A stretch of 64,000 nt of DNA from Octopus vulgaris (GCA_951406725.2 OX597821.1:45012001-45076000); one strand, 5' to 3'; shown: positions 38,301-52,694, counted from the first letter of the stretch. A program made the numbers and translations. The notes: a model not told the origin generated them from the sequence alone.

Positions 38301-41300
38301 CTAGTCTGAATTGGCATGGCTTCTATGGCTAGATGCCCTTCCTAATGCCAACCACTCTGAGTGTAATGGGTGTTTTTACATGCCATTGGCACAACACTAA
38401 TATCTTCCATGACTATGATTTCACTTGGCTTGATGGGTCTTCTCAAGCATGGTAGGTTTTCAATTCTGTTTTGTCAATCAGTGAGGGACTTAAAACTTGA
38501 AGTTGGCTTTTTAAAAGTTGGGATTTATTCTGCTTGTATTTGGAAATCTATCACCACCATTTTTACTTTTCATTCTATCTTTATCTTTTTACATGGTTGA
38601 CATTGCCATCTCTTGCCTACTTACTAATTATCTATAAGGTTACTTAACTGATACCATATTATGAATGGATGGTATCTTATTACAGTGCAAGAAACTAATC
38701 ATTTAGGTCTTATTCTCTTTTTTGCAATGACCAAATATTTACTTTTGCTTGTACATCATCCTCTGTCACTACAATCTCCTGTCACTCAATCTGAGTTACT
38801 CTTGTGCAAATTCTTAACTCTCCTTTACTCCTTCTGTTCCCTTTCCTGTGCTATATTTTACACTATTTTTCTCCATATTTTTTATCAGTGTCTATTTCTG
38901 CTTAGGTTTCTTTACTTGCATACTCCTTTGTAAAGTTGATGTAACTCTTCTAAGCTACAATAAAGGTAATCTATTGTGAAAAGTAGCATATTTTAAAGTA
39001 TACTACAGATTGGAAACATGTCAGTTCATGGTGTGATTGATATATTAAGCCAATATTGTTAAAAGATAAAGCCCTCTGCTGAATAAAATGTCCAAACTAT
39101 GCCAACATAGAACTTACAATTTGGGCAATAAAAGCATGTGATAAGAACTAAATGAAATAGCATTAGAAGTTGGTATGAAATGATTGTATTTCAAGAAAGA
39201 AAAGGTTGATGTCTGGGATATGAAAGAGAAGAAAATACACCCTTTATTTTCCATAAATTTTATTTAACTTCATTTTTTTTGTTCACATCTACTGTACACA
39301 ATTCCTATAGTGAATTCCAGAGGTTAGGTTTCCCCTCATCTTTTAACATTTTCTTACCTCTACAAGTTGCTTGTATATCAGGGGTGTAGTTGTTGCACAC
39401 ATTTTGCACTGATTTTACCCTTTTGCAACCTACCTGCCTGGTTTTATGATACAAACTACCTGCTTTAAAATGATCTAAATTAAAATCTTCCTTCAAAATT
39501 TCATATTGATTTATATGTCAAACTAAATTCTTCATTATTAAAATTAATTGAAATGAAGGCAGTGTATTTCATCAGAAATACAGTAAGGAAAATTGTTAAA
39601 CAAAATGGTCATCTAGTCAGTAGTCAATACAGTAATCACTCTTTCTTTCTGTTAATTTTGTTTTTTGTTTTTACTAATATACTTTTCCTCTACTACATCT
39701 AGCAAATCTGTCTGCTTTTCTCTTTATTGTATCCTTAATGTCCCCTACTCACATTATAAACAATATTTTGCAATCCTTTAGAATCACTTTCTTCTCATTT
39801 TACATCAAACATTGACCTTTGGTGTTTAAGTTGACCATAGCTACATCAGCTCACTAGTTTTGGAATAGTGTATCAGTGCTTAGTGAATTGTTCTTTGTAC
39901 ATTAAAATGTTGTTTGAAAACCAAACTCAGCTAATATTTGTAATTTATTTTCCCAGTTTCTGGTGATAGAACTCTTCTACAGTATACCTATCATCTAAAA
40001 TTCAGCTGTTGGCAATCAGTGTTAAATCTCTGGTTTACATTTTCTTTCTTTAAAGAAAGAAAATGTTAACATGCTTTTAACCATAGCATGTTAAGGAAAT
40101 TGAAGTTTGTGACAAAATATATGATCAGTTGTGAAATATGTTCACAATAAATCCCTAGAGAATTGTAATGCTGAAGTGAGATGTTGCCTTGTACTGACCA
40201 GTTGTAGAGGAGGGCCTGCCAAGTTGCATAGTAAGCATTGTGATAGGGGATAAGGTGACAAGAAGATGGGTTTAGGATTGCAAACAAGCAGCTGAGGTTA
40301 TTAGGTGATAGGTTAGTTAATATTGTGTCAAGAAGCATTGTTGTAAGACTGTTCAAATTATGCAGAGGTAGGGTGATATTGTTAGTAGCATTGTAGTATC
40401 AACATTTAAGAAATGAGACGGATAGTTTGGCTCTATTTGAATTAAGAATGGCTGTCTTTAGAGATGAGTGAGCATAGCTAAATGATTAAGGATGTAAAAA
40501 CTCCTTCACCCTTTTCTTACAAGGCTGTCCAAGTCTTCAATTTTTTTGATACAAAGATTGTTTTAAAGATCACGTGTTTAATATCTACCTTTCCATGCTA
40601 CCTTGAAGCAGGATTTTTAACTGGATGCACTTCCTTTTGCCAGTCCTCAATTGTTTTTGTGTAAAAGAATTTTTTTTAAATTTTAGAGATCTTGAATGCA
40701 TAATATCAACAAGGAATGCCAGCGTCCCCATCATTTTATTCTATGAGTGATAAGCATGAAATATTAACATTCCTGCACATTCACCAGGTTATTAAATGTA
40801 GCTACTTTATTCACTCCTCCTCCTCTAGCCCTTACCAACTTCACATTAAAGCTAGTATCTCAGATCTGTTCTAATGATCCTTCCGTAGTAATACAAGAAG
40901 TGTTCATATATTATAACCCCCCCCCCCCATAATTTAATGCAAGAACTTTCTACTGTGTCCCAAACACCAGTTTCATATACCAATTAATACAGTTTGCTAA
41001 ATTGCTCTAGATACTTCAATATTTTAAAATTTACTTGAAATGTAAACTGATTTGTTTTTTTAGAAATGTATGGTTACGAAAAGGTATGTTATATTCACTA
41101 ATTACCAACATGGTTAACACCACATGTTCAACTATTGCCAAGCCTTACAATACCTGCTCTTTTTTGGTGTAAGCACTTATCACACATGGCTAAAACATTG
41201 CAAAAGCTTGATCTTGTTCTGTAAAGTGAGAGAACTTTTTTAACCACGAATAGTTGTTGATGCTTCTATCCATATTTAGTGTTATTGTTCAAGTATCGAT

Positions 41301-43001
41301 GGTGGTTGTGTGTATGCACTTGTCTATGTAAATCTAGAATGCTAAGGCCTTTATTTAATAATTCTACTTGTTTTACTTTCCAATAGTGTCTTTTCTCTTC
41401 TACAGTTATTGTGTTTACTACTCTAGTTTGTTGAATGTGCCAACATCTGGCCCACAGATATGCTGTCTTCTCTCTACTTTATCAACAACTACTATAGAGA
41501 TACGTGCTGCTTAGAGTTGGCTGGTCTTGTGCAACTTCTATTCAGACACTCCTGAGGACAAACCATTATACCCAGTCCTTCCTGTCTAGAATGTCAGCTC
41601 TCTGGAATTCCTTTCCTGCATCTTTTTCCTACAGCTATTGTCTTGCAACTGTTCAAAAGGAAAAATGTTAGAGAGAGCCTACAAAGGCTGTAGCCACAAC
41701 CCTTTCCTGTACGTCAAACCAAAAATGCAACATTTATGTCATATTCCTTCAGAATTTAATGTTAAACTTTTTACTCAATCCTTTCTTCCGACAGCCATAT
41801 CCATTTGAAGTCCCATCCTGCTCAGTTTCCTCTTAATCATTAACTTACACAAACAGTCTGATTTAATGTTTTAACATGTGCAGTTGCCTCTGTCTCTTGT
41901 TTAGAAGGACTTAGAAGAATAATGGATTCTACTTTTCAGATCTGACTTTGTAAAACAATCGGGTGTAATGTAGCTATTTTGCAAACTATTTAGAAAGTAA
42001 TTTATTGAGTTCTAGTTTAACATCTCTTTAAATTCCGACTATTCAATTTCTATTTCATGAAGGTCCTTGTTTATTTTGAAAATAATTAGTATTTAAATTT
42101 CTTGGGTTTTAAGTGTATTTGATATTTGAATGTTTGTATATTGTACTTACAACTTCAAATATAAAGTTGTACTGGTGAAATATATATGTCTGTTTTATTT
42201 CTATTTTGAGTTGTCAACATTACAGTAAGATGAGTCTCTTATTTTAGAACAAATATTCTGCAAAGTCTTAGGTAATGGAACTGTTGGAAGCGGTTGTCAG
42301 CTATTCTATTAGAACATGCCTATTATTACCCTGAGTTACTATTTGCAGTTGGGAACTTGGCTGGACAAGTAAACTGTTACAATGTAATTAAATGTTTTGT
42401 GTCTAAAAGGAATTTAACTAAGTTCAACAGACACCTATTTGTGAATAGTCTTCTTTCTATGCCATTAGACTCTCGTGTAATTCTGAATATTTGAAATGAT
42501 TGTAAAATCTGTTGGTTTTGTATTTCATTTCCCTTGCTAATATGGCTGCTACTAGACAATTTTTTTTTTCATTGCTACAGCAGCTTATATTAGAATTCTG
42601 TTTGAACATTATTTTTGTGCATATTGTTTCTGTATTGTTGTTATTCTTCTAATTGGTTTGATTTAGTTGATTGTAATTATCTTCAAGGGCCTGCTCAGTT
42701 GTATTGACTCCTATTTGATACTTATTGTCATAGTGTTAAATTTTGGGAGAGTAAAGGACTTAGAATAAACTAGAGTAGGTTTTAGACCATAAACACTTGC
42801 ATGATGCACTCACAAATGTATATATGTATTTTTTCTTTTTATATATTCATGTCTATTGTGCATATTATGTGTATATCTGTATCAATATGGTAGTTTTTAC
42901 ATCAACTTTTTCTATACTTGCAAGGGTTGGATGAGACTTATTGAGTCAGTATTCTATGGCCTGATGCTCTTCATGTTGTGTTATTTTTAATTAAAGTAGT
43001 T

Positions 43002-44070
43002 TAAGAGGTTGGCTGAAAAGTTCATAGGGTGACCATAATACTCATGGAATGTGACCAAATGAGGTTTATTTTATAACATTGGGCCCCTTGCACTCCACAA
43101 ATTTCTTCCATCAGTGTTGCAGTGATTGGATCCCATTTGTGAAGAAGGTCTCATCCTGTTGGCCTAAAAAGTTAATAGATACGATATTATCATTACTGCA
43201 ATACTGGTTCCCAGCTAAGTGTTTTTTCATGTTGAGGAACAAATGAGTCAGATGGAGCCTAATCAAGGGAATAGGGAGGGTGATCAACCAGTTCAAAATA
43301 GGGAGGGTGATCAACCAGTTCAAAGCCACAGTCATACACAGCAGTCATTGAAACCAAGGACTTGTATGCTGGAGTATTGTCCTGATGAAACAAGACCCTT
43401 TTCGTCAGTTTTTCTGGGTGTTTGGTCTTGATAGCTTTTTGGAACTGCCTCAGCAATTTGGCATAGTACACTCTTGATCGTGTGGCCCTTTTGAAGATAG
43501 TCAATAAACATAATGCCTTTTGAATCCCCAAAATACTAAGTCATCACACACCCTGCAAATGAAACAAATTTGGCTGGTGAGGAGAGGTGTTTCCACTGCA
43601 TGGCTGTCCCTTTGTCTCTGGCTCAAAGTGATGAACCCAACACTCATCTGCCTGAAACAATGTCAGATTTTCCCATGATGTGATCAGCCTGGTGCACTTC
43701 TGAATGTGTGTCAGATGTGTCACCCACCAAGCAGAAACCTTTCTGACAAGTTCATTGTGCAGAATATTCCCAACTCTTTTGTATGTTAATAGCATTGGCT
43801 GTTTGATTTATAGTCAATCACCTGTCATGCATCACCAAGTGATGATCACAGTTAATGTTTTCTTTAGTGGTTGCAGTTGCAGGAGGTCCAGTCCTTGGCT
43901 GATCTTCAAGACTCCCTTGCCTAAAGTTAGCGGCCCACTTTTAGACTGCTGATATAGCTAGTGTCTTCCTCAACTGTAGCAAGTATGTCAGCATGAATGT
44001 CCTTGGGGGCTAAAGCCTTTTTCTGACGGTACTTCATGACACCACAGTGCCAAATTTTGTCGATTTTCAA
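43002..44070 (-). mobile_element. Decayed mariner transposon in glycogenin intron 1
   Basis: Minus-strand motifs DKIWH..., RKVSAWWV, DECWVHHFEPETK, VLFHQDNTPAY and HPPYSLD. TIR-like GAGGTTGGCTGAAAAGTTC at 43005. Multiple frameshifts and deletions. Confidence 0.88.
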
Positions 44071-45586
44071 GAATAGTTGCTACTTGTTACTTTTAAAGTC
44101 TTCTATGAACAGTCAGAGGTCAGTTTAGTTGGAAAGAAACAGTGCACTCTTATTATTCTGTTGGTTTTCTCGTATTGAAACAGACAAAATTGCTGAGCTA
44201 TTCATGGGAGACAGAGTTAAATGTTACTACTTAAACAGTGTGAATGTAAAAATGTTGGGACACACACACTTGTGTGTATACATATTTTAACTGTTTCACA
44301 AGATATATGATGGGCTTCTGTAGTGTTTCTATCTACCAAATCAATTCAGAGCTATAGTAGAAGACACTTGTCTAAGTTACCACAGTGTGTGATGGGACCT
44401 GATGACCTATTGTGAGGTGAACTTTGTAACCACACATCTATGCTTGTACATAAGTATATTATTAAAATGTGTATAGTATGTGTACATGTGTACATATTTG
44501 GTATGTATATTTGCTTGAGCAAAAGTGACATGCATACATGTGTATACCATTTATGTTCAGTGGTGGTGTCTGGTCTGATGATTAGGCTGTTGGACTAATC
44601 AATCATAAGGTTATTGGTCTGATTCCTGAACTGGGAGACATGTCCCCTTGAGCAGACCACTTATTGCTTCAGTACACTAAACTGAAATGAGTATCAGCAG
44701 AGTTTTAATGCTACCCTCTCTTCTCTCTACTGTCACATCTTTGTTTTTTCTGCTGGGTTAAAGGTAAAATGACTGAAAGGATGTCTGTTTGTGACTGTAT
44801 AAGCACCTAAAACAATTAGTGAAAGCATGATACATGTTATCATGTCATACTTGCTTTCAAATAACAGTTATCGTCTATGGATCTTGTTTCTCCATGTTTG
44901 CATGGGTTACACATATTATTGAGGCATTGTTTTACAGCTGGATGCCCTTCCTATCATTAATCCAAGCCTACTTTTCATGTAAAAGACTTCTTATTGAACA
45001 CAAGTCTCCAAGGGCCCAAAATGTGCAGTTGATTTGTTGACGGAAGTACACCGTTTGTAGCAAGTGACTTTTGTAGATCACTAATGTTAACAAACACTGA
45101 CACACACACACACACACACTCTCACTCACTCACACTCACATACACACAATAGCCTTCTTTCAGTCTCTCTCTACCATATTGTATGGTTTCAGTTGACCTA
45201 GGTCTGTAGTAGAAGACATATGCCCAATGAACTGAACCTGAAACTAGGTGGTTGCAAAATGAACTTTTTAACCATAAAGCCATATATCTACAGCTATAAA
45301 GTTTTAGCTTGGGCATGTTTACTTAATGATCTTTAGTGGTATTAAAAGTTCAGTTATTGTAATGCTTGTAAATGTTTGTAGGTCCAATATAAAGAATAAA
45401 AATTTAAAAACAAACAAAAGAAAGCAAAACTTTAAACAAAAACATTCAGGACAACCATTGAATATGTAGTATAAAAATTTTCTCTGAGTCATCAAGATCT
45501 TTGGGTTAATGCATGAAGAAAAATATTTGAATGAAATTAAAAGTGCAATTTTAATTTCATTATTAAAGTCCTTGCATTCATCAACA

Positions 45587-46430
45587 TGGAGTGGCTGTGT
45601 GGTAAGTAGCTTGCTAAACAACCACATGGTTCCGGGTTCAGTCCCACTGCGTGGCATCTTGGGCAAGTGTCTTCTGCTATAGCCCCGGGCCGACCAATGC
45701 CTTGTGAGTGGATTTGGTAGACGGAAACTGAAAGAAGCCTGTCGTATATATGTATATATATATATGGTGGCACGTAAAATACACCAATCCGACCGTACGA
45801 CAGGCACCCATGCCAACCCCCTTTGCTTGCGAAGACATGTTGGGGCAAGCGAAATCGAATTGAACCAGCCAGGATCCCTGGTCTGGTGGTACGTAAAAAG
45901 CACTATCCGACTCGTGGCTGATGCCAGCACCGCCTCGACTGGCTTCCGTGCCGGTGGCACATAAAATACACCAATCCTACCGTGGCCGTTGCCAGCCTCG
46001 CCTGGCACCTGTGCAGGTAGCACGTAAAAAGCACCCACTACACTCACGGAGTGGTTGGCGTTAGGAAGGGCATCCAGCTGTAGAAACATTGCCAGATAAG
46101 ACTGGAGCCTGGTGCAGCCTTCTGGCTTCCCAGATCCCCGGTCGAACCGTCCAACCCATGCTAGCATGGAGAACGGACGTTAAACGATGATGATGATGAT
46201 GATATGTATGTGTGTGTGTTTGTGTGTCTGTGTTTGTCCCCCTAGCATTGCTTGACAACCGATGCTGGTGTGTTTACGTCCCCGTCACTTAGCCGTTCGG
46301 CAAAAGAGACTGATAGAATAAGTACTGGGCTTACAAAGAATAAGTCCCGGGGTTGATTTGCTCGTCTAAAGGTGGTGCTCCAGCATGGCCGCAGTTAAAT
46401 GACTGAAACAAGTAAAAGAGTAAAAAGAGT
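45587..46430 (+). mobile_element. SINE family A split by an RTE tail insertion
   Basis: Head 45587-45766 and tail 46204-46430 are colinear with 8040-8442. Confidence 0.9.
45767..46203 (+). mobile_element. RTE-LINE 3' tail nested inside a SINE
   Basis: Ends GGACGTTAAAC(GAT)n. Inserted in the central (TA)n of the SINE at 45587-46430. Confidence 0.85.
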
Positions 46431-46569
46431 AATGGATAAATAATAAAATGTAATTAAGCATGCCTATTAATCTCAATGTTATTTGTAATAAATGTGTATC
46501 TGTTCTTAAAAGAAACAGAAAAAACAAAAGACAACTGTTAAAAAGCATTTACTGTATGTAATGTCTGGT

Positions 46570-47700
46570 TTTAGAGATGTGAAAAATGAGCTTGTTGGTA
46601 AGTAGAAGCTGTGAGTGCAGGCACTGGAATAACAAATTTAAACAAGAACAATTAAAAGAAATAATAGATGAATATAGCTGCATGAGCTCACAAACTTAAT
46701 TTAGACGAAATGTGCATATTTTAAAAGCACATTCCATCAAGAAGCAACATTGCAAAAGAAATTATTGATGCTAAATTTTAAAGTTGTTAAAATTTGGTTA
46801 ACATTTTTCTTGTTTGGAGGTTATGCAGATGAAGACTAAGTTCACTCATGCTTCTGCATTATGTTAAATCAAAGAGCAACCATAGGCTTTGTAAAAACTA
46901 CACTCATGGAAGTCATATAGAAAGCAAATAGGCTTGGGTTACAACTTCATTATTTGGTGATGGGTTTTTGCATTCATTTTGTAACTCAAGTAAAAAAAAA
47001 CAAAACAAAATATATTTTGAAGGCAAAAATATTCTATTTCATCTGCTACTGACTGTAGATAATGCACCTTGTCATCTACTGTCTCTATATCATCATCTAA
47101 ACTTCAAATTGTTTATGCCACCAACTTTTGGAAACAACAGACCAAGGTATTATTGCAACTTTTGAAGTATATTTTCTTTGTCATACATTTGCTAAATTAA
47201 TGAATGCCATTGATGAGGAAGGTAACTAAATGATGGAAATGATACAATATTCTAATTGCATATAAAAGGAGTAGAATGAAGAGAAGGGAAAAATATTAGG
47301 GATGTTTTGGGAAGAATATTTTGAAGTTATTAATAATTTTGAGGTATTTGTAGAATCAGTAAAGATGACTGAAAATGAGATGATTGTAGATATTAGCAAT
47401 TAGTTACACCTTGATGTTTCAGTGAATAATTTACAAGATTTCAGTTATATGATGAAAATCTCTTTGAAATGGAAGATCATGATGAAAAATGTGGAAAAGA
47501 TCAAGCAACATGAATTCCTCTTATCTTCATCCTTTAAGGATTAGATGAAGCCATTTCACATATTTGAAAGTTTTAAGATATAAAGGTTTTGTGTGAAGTA
47601 GGCAAATTGTTGCAGACTAAAATAAATGTCATGCCTGGTGTCAAGAAATTTATGAACTAAAAAGACTGTCATAGAAATAAACTTTCATTGAACCAAATAT
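46570..47700 (+). mobile_element. Highly decayed Tigger/pogo transposase relic
   Basis: Fragmentary motifs in the expected order: NLDE (about 46697), AWVT (about 46932), LLLTVDNAPCH (about 47044) and DQGIIATF (about 47140). Many stops. Confidence 0.65.
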
Positions 47701-47979
47701 GAGGAGCTAAGCTTCATTGAATGATAAATAGAAAAAAAAAGTACTTGTGATTATTTATTGTTTATAAATGATCTGTTTACTATGAATGATATTAAAGTAT
47801 TGGTTATACCTAAATTATTTTATTGTTCCTTACATTTAACACTTCAAAAATTATGGCAGATCTCAGCAAGAACGCAGTCACTATTTATAGCATTATTTGT
47901 ATGTAAATTAGCCTCTCACAAACTGGATATTTGGAATCAATCAAATCATTAAACTTAGGCATTCTCATATAATGCTATG

Positions 47980-48440
47980 TACGAAGGGGTACCAAGAGAA
48001 ACCAGAATTTTGCAATATTATTTTATTCATTTAGTCTTATGTTCTGTTGTGTCTGGGGAGAGTCATTTTCTTTTTGTGCCTTATTGTGTAACACACTCAC
48101 AGGTAAAATTTCCACTTATTTCTTTTAGGAAAATAAAAATAAGAAATAATTGGAAATTTTACCGGTTAGTGTGTTACATTATAAGGCACAAAAAGAAAAT
48201 GACTCTCCCCAGACACAACAGAATATGCTTCAACACACGAACTCATATAAAGAATCTTGCAAACCAAATTCCAAAACGAAATATTAGTCTTGTGTTTACA
48301 CTTTTATTGCCTTCAAAGTATTCTCCTTTTGAAGCAATGCATTGGTCCAGGCGTGTTTTCCACTGTTCAAGGCAGTGTTGAAACTCTTGCAAAGTGATAC
48401 CTTTTTTAATGCATTCCATTTTTTTTCCTCTCAAATCACT
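47980..48440 (-). mobile_element. Mariner 3' end fragment interrupted by a fold-back insertion
   Basis: TIR-like TACGAAGGGGTACC at 47980. Minus-strand EFQHCLEQWKTRLDQCIASKGEYFEG is a mariner C-terminal motif. Confidence 0.75.
48016..48250. repeat. Fold-back insertion (86-bp arms, 16-nt loop) with 12-bp TSD
   Basis: Arms at 48039-48124 and 48141-48226. Direct repeats AGAATTTTGCAA (48004-48015) and AGAATCTTGCAA (48251-48262). Confidence 0.85.
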
Positions 48441-51400
48441 TACACTGATATATATATATATATATGTATGCATGTATATATATATATGAAATGTGTGTGG
48501 TGTTTGATTCATGTACAAGTATTTGTTTCCTTGTGTTCACATTGACTCCTTTTAAGCAATGGTGCATGTATTTCCTGCATACAATGTGTTCTGTGATTCA
48601 GCAGCTTTGTATGAAGACCAGTGGAATTAAATAAATACATTTTCAAAAATAAAAACTGAAGTTGGTGACAGAAAGGCATCCAGTTGTAAAATACTGCCTC
48701 AATGTCTTTGTCCAGCCCATTCCAACATGGAAAAAAAAGCATGTTTATAAATATATACAAGTGATGTATAGTGTGTGTATGTGCATATAATAAATGTTCA
48801 TTAATCTCGTGTCCAATAGTCTCAGATCCAATTATCTTTTTCATCATTCACCAATTTTATTTTCCTTAATCCTGTCACTGGCTATTGATATCACTCCATA
48901 ACTGTTTATACATTCAAGTTGAAAAAAACAATTGTCAGTGCTTAAGTATTTTACTTTTATCTTCATTGTTCAATGTTCACTTTTTGATGCTTGCATGGAT
49001 TAAATGGAATTTGTTGAGGCAGATTTTCTGCAGCTGGATCTCCTTCCTGTCACCAACCTTCAATTTCCAAGTAAGGTAATATAAGGTAATATATCCCATG
49101 ACTAAAGATTTTCATTGACATTTGGAAATGAAGAACACTGCTTGTATAACAATGACATTTGTTTACAACTAATACATGAAGTCAAGACAATAACATGCAC
49201 ACAGTCACGCATGCACATGCAAATGGGCTTCTTTCTGTTTCTGTGTGCCAAATCCACTCTCAAGACTTTGGTTGGCTTAGCGCTACAGTAGGTACTTGCC
49301 CAAGATGTCATGCCTTGGAGCTCAGCCTGAGAGCATGCAATTTAGAAGTAAACTTCATACCACTCAACCACACCTAGTAATATATTGGTCAAACATTAAT
49401 GGCTATTCCTACCAGTTTGGGAAAGCTGTGAAAAGAAAGCTTATAAGCTGCAATTTGTACCCAGAAACTGACATAATACAGCATTTGAAAAGAGGTAGAA
49501 ACTGGAACACTATTGCATGGGAAATGCAGTGGAATCTCACTGCTTACAACATTAAAATCAAAAGTTAACACTTCAGAGATGAGTAAAAGTATTGATGGCT
49601 AGTGGGTATTAAAGAAAATAAAGTTTTAGAAAACTAGATGCAGTGTAATTTAAGTGGCTTAGTGCAAAGTATAAAGTCATTAAATCAATTATAAGGATAT
49701 TGTGGAGACCTGCATGCATGTTTATAGTTGGTTGTTTAGCAAATTTTGTATGGCATTTTTTTTTTCTTTGTAAACTTAATTTGTCTGGTGAAAAGAAATT
49801 AGCAGATAATGTGGTATCAAACTGATGGTTATAGAAAGAGCTTTAGGAGCAGAATCTGCTTTGATGATATACCATTGCCATCTTCCTAGTAAGACTATTG
49901 AAAGGAGAAGAACTTAGCTAAATGTAATCCATTCTACTTAGTGTTCAATATACAAATCTGGAACAGCTGTCTCAGAGAAACTTTACAGACTTGTGTATAG
50001 AAAAAAAGCAGCTGAGAATGTCAGAAATGACATTTCAACTTGATTTGGTTTTCTTTGCTCAGGATGTCTGGAGGTAGTCACTAAGTCACAAAATGATTGT
50101 TTCAATATAGGCATTGGTAGCCAAAATGTTTCACTGATTTGTGTGAAAGCTAGCCAGGCTAGAACTAAATATAAGCTTAAAATAGCATCTCTCTAATCCT
50201 GCATCATTTTTATTTTTATATTTTGAGAAGTGAGTAAAAAAATTAGTGTGGTGTATTGAACTAGAATTGTGAAAAATGTTTAAAAAATCAGATTGTTTAA
50301 AATGGTAATCTTTCATTTTGTAATATGAGACACATGGCTATTTCTAACATATTTAGCTACTATGTAGAGGTTTTGCTCATTGGCTAACACGTACATGGAT
50401 ACCTGCAATTTAGAGGATTGGTTGATATTCATAACATGTCCAGCTATCATGTAGATGTTTCACTTGTTGGCTTATACAATACATAAGACAGTAGAGTATT
50501 GTTTAAAGAAAATATGAGTGCTTGTTTGATAAATATACTAAAAGCAGCTCAGAATTGATTAAAACCTATTAGTGTGATGTGATATTCTTTTTTAAACATA
50601 TTTGTAATGTGAGCATACACATTGGTTATTGTTGTGTTTATATAGCTTCATATTTAAAGGGTTCAATATGTGTAAACAGTTTGCAATTCAGGTTTTTAAT
50701 TTTGTATTCAGATTCTTCAAGTTTTATAATTGTTTTGTTGTTGTTGTTAGACTCCCCTCCCCCTCAGAAAATACAAGTTTCATTAAACAGTTTTGAGTAC
50801 ACACACACTGACATGCATATACATTTTACACACACACATCATTTCCATGGCCAAAACTGGTGAAATTCAAAGGTCACTTTCAAGTTTTTTTTTTTGCTTT
50901 GTTTACTATAGATGAACTTTTTTGATGCGTTTTATACAGTAATTATGATAAATTTTAATTCTTCCATACATCACAATATTTAAGAAAATGCAATTTGTAT
51001 TTTACATTGGTGCTTGTACAGCTGTCTAGTGAAGAAGTTTGCTTCCCAATAAGTTCAGTCCCACTACATGGCACCTTGGACAAATGCCTTCTATTGCAGC
51101 CTTGTGAGTGGATTTGATACATGAAAATTAAAAGAAGCCCATTGTGTGTGGAGAACGTGTGTTAGCGTCCCTTTGTCACAATAGTTGTAAACGATGAGTA
51201 TCACTGTCATACAAGTAGCATCATTCATTTCCAGTCACATGTGAAAACATTTATATACATGGGAATATTCGTTGTCTTGCATGAAAACAGGTGATGGTTA
51301 GTGACAGGATGGACATCAAGCCATAAAAAAAATCTGCCTCAGAGAATTGTGTTCAATCCAATGATGAGAGTGATATTTTTTTTTGACATTCCATTGCCTA

Positions 51401-52199
51401 CCTACAATTAGACCTGTGTATCAAGTACAAATTTGTAATGGATATATATCTTTTTAGTATGTAATTTTTTAGGTGTCATTTTGAAGTAACCAACTGAAAT
51501 ACAAAGTATTGGTCCCTTTAATTTTAAATCTCCAAATTATTCGGCTAATTTTGATTGCCTGTTTGGAGAATACTGCTCATGATTCTTTACTTAGATGCAA
51601 ACATTTGTGCATGTACGCAGACGTATTAAAGGCTTATTTTGATACCTTGGCTTATATCTTTGTTGAACAACAGGAAATGTTTTGTTTGTCTCGGTGCAAG
51701 GTACATAACTCTTCATGATCCAGTTTGCTGGCAAGATTCCTGCTGAACTCCCCCCCTTAAATAGCAAAGTGGGTGTGATAAGAGAAAGTGAAATGCAGAG
51801 AGAATATAATTAAAATTTTTATTAAGATGAAAAGTTTGCTACTTTATAATATTGATGAAAATTAGCTAATAGCTTAAAGTATCATAAAAAATGCACAGGT
51901 ATATTGTATGCAACCCAGTTTCAGTTGCTCATATTCAGTAAAAAATGATTGTTCTTAAAAGCTTATGGGAGGCCCGACTTTGCAGATAGGACTTGGAGTA
52001 AATTTTTGAGACTTGTTGGAAAAAAAAAGTGCATCTTATTTTTTATCAAATGCAGTATTATTTCAAATTTATCTTGAATTGGAAGTTACATTTAATAATT
52101 GGTGTATTTTTAAATAACATAAAAAAAAAAAAAAAAAAAGTGCAAGTTATTTTTGGTAACAGTAGTGCTACTGTGTTAGTTGGATGTTGATTTATTTAT

Positions 52200-52400
52200 G
52201 TGTATGATCAATAGACACAGTCAGTAGGTTAGTTTTAATTGTGATCAACACAGTGTGTTACATTTATGATCTACACACGTAGCCAATAGATTAGTTTTAC
52301 TTATGATCGATATGGCCAGTATGTTAGTTATATTTTTGACCAGTACACAGCCAAGGGTTATAGTTTCATTTATGATCAATACATCCAGTGAACTAGTTGA
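52200..52400. repeat. Degenerate minisatellite, about 6 units of 30-38 bp
   Basis: Recurrent TATGATC(A)A..CACAGCCA.TA.GTTAGTT units. Confidence 0.7.
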
Positions 52401-52694
52401 TAAAATTAATCACCACTCTATTGTATTCCTATTTCTTTATATTGGCGAATGCAATAGATAAATTAAATCTTGTGAACATTATGTTGTCTAGCTAGCCTCT
52501 ATTGTTTGCATAGTCTTCTCAAATACTAAAAGTTTTAAGGATCATCTTTTTAGCAGCTTTGCCAAGGAAGCAAAATCACAATTCTCAAATTGCTTGCTTT
52601 ATTTGCATGTAATGTTTTTTCTATAAAGTTTGATAATACGAAAGACAGAAGTTGCCTACATGTCATAATATTGGAGTTTACTAATATATTATAG

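Noticed and set aside
45319-46167. 282-aa minus-strand ORF
   Set aside because: It runs antisense through an RTE tail, a SINE head and AT-rich intron, and has no protein motifs.
34620-52694. U12-type intron, suggested by the branch-like sequence close to the acceptor
   Set aside because: The donor is GTAGGT rather than RTATCCTT, and the branch sequence is not TCCTTAAC.
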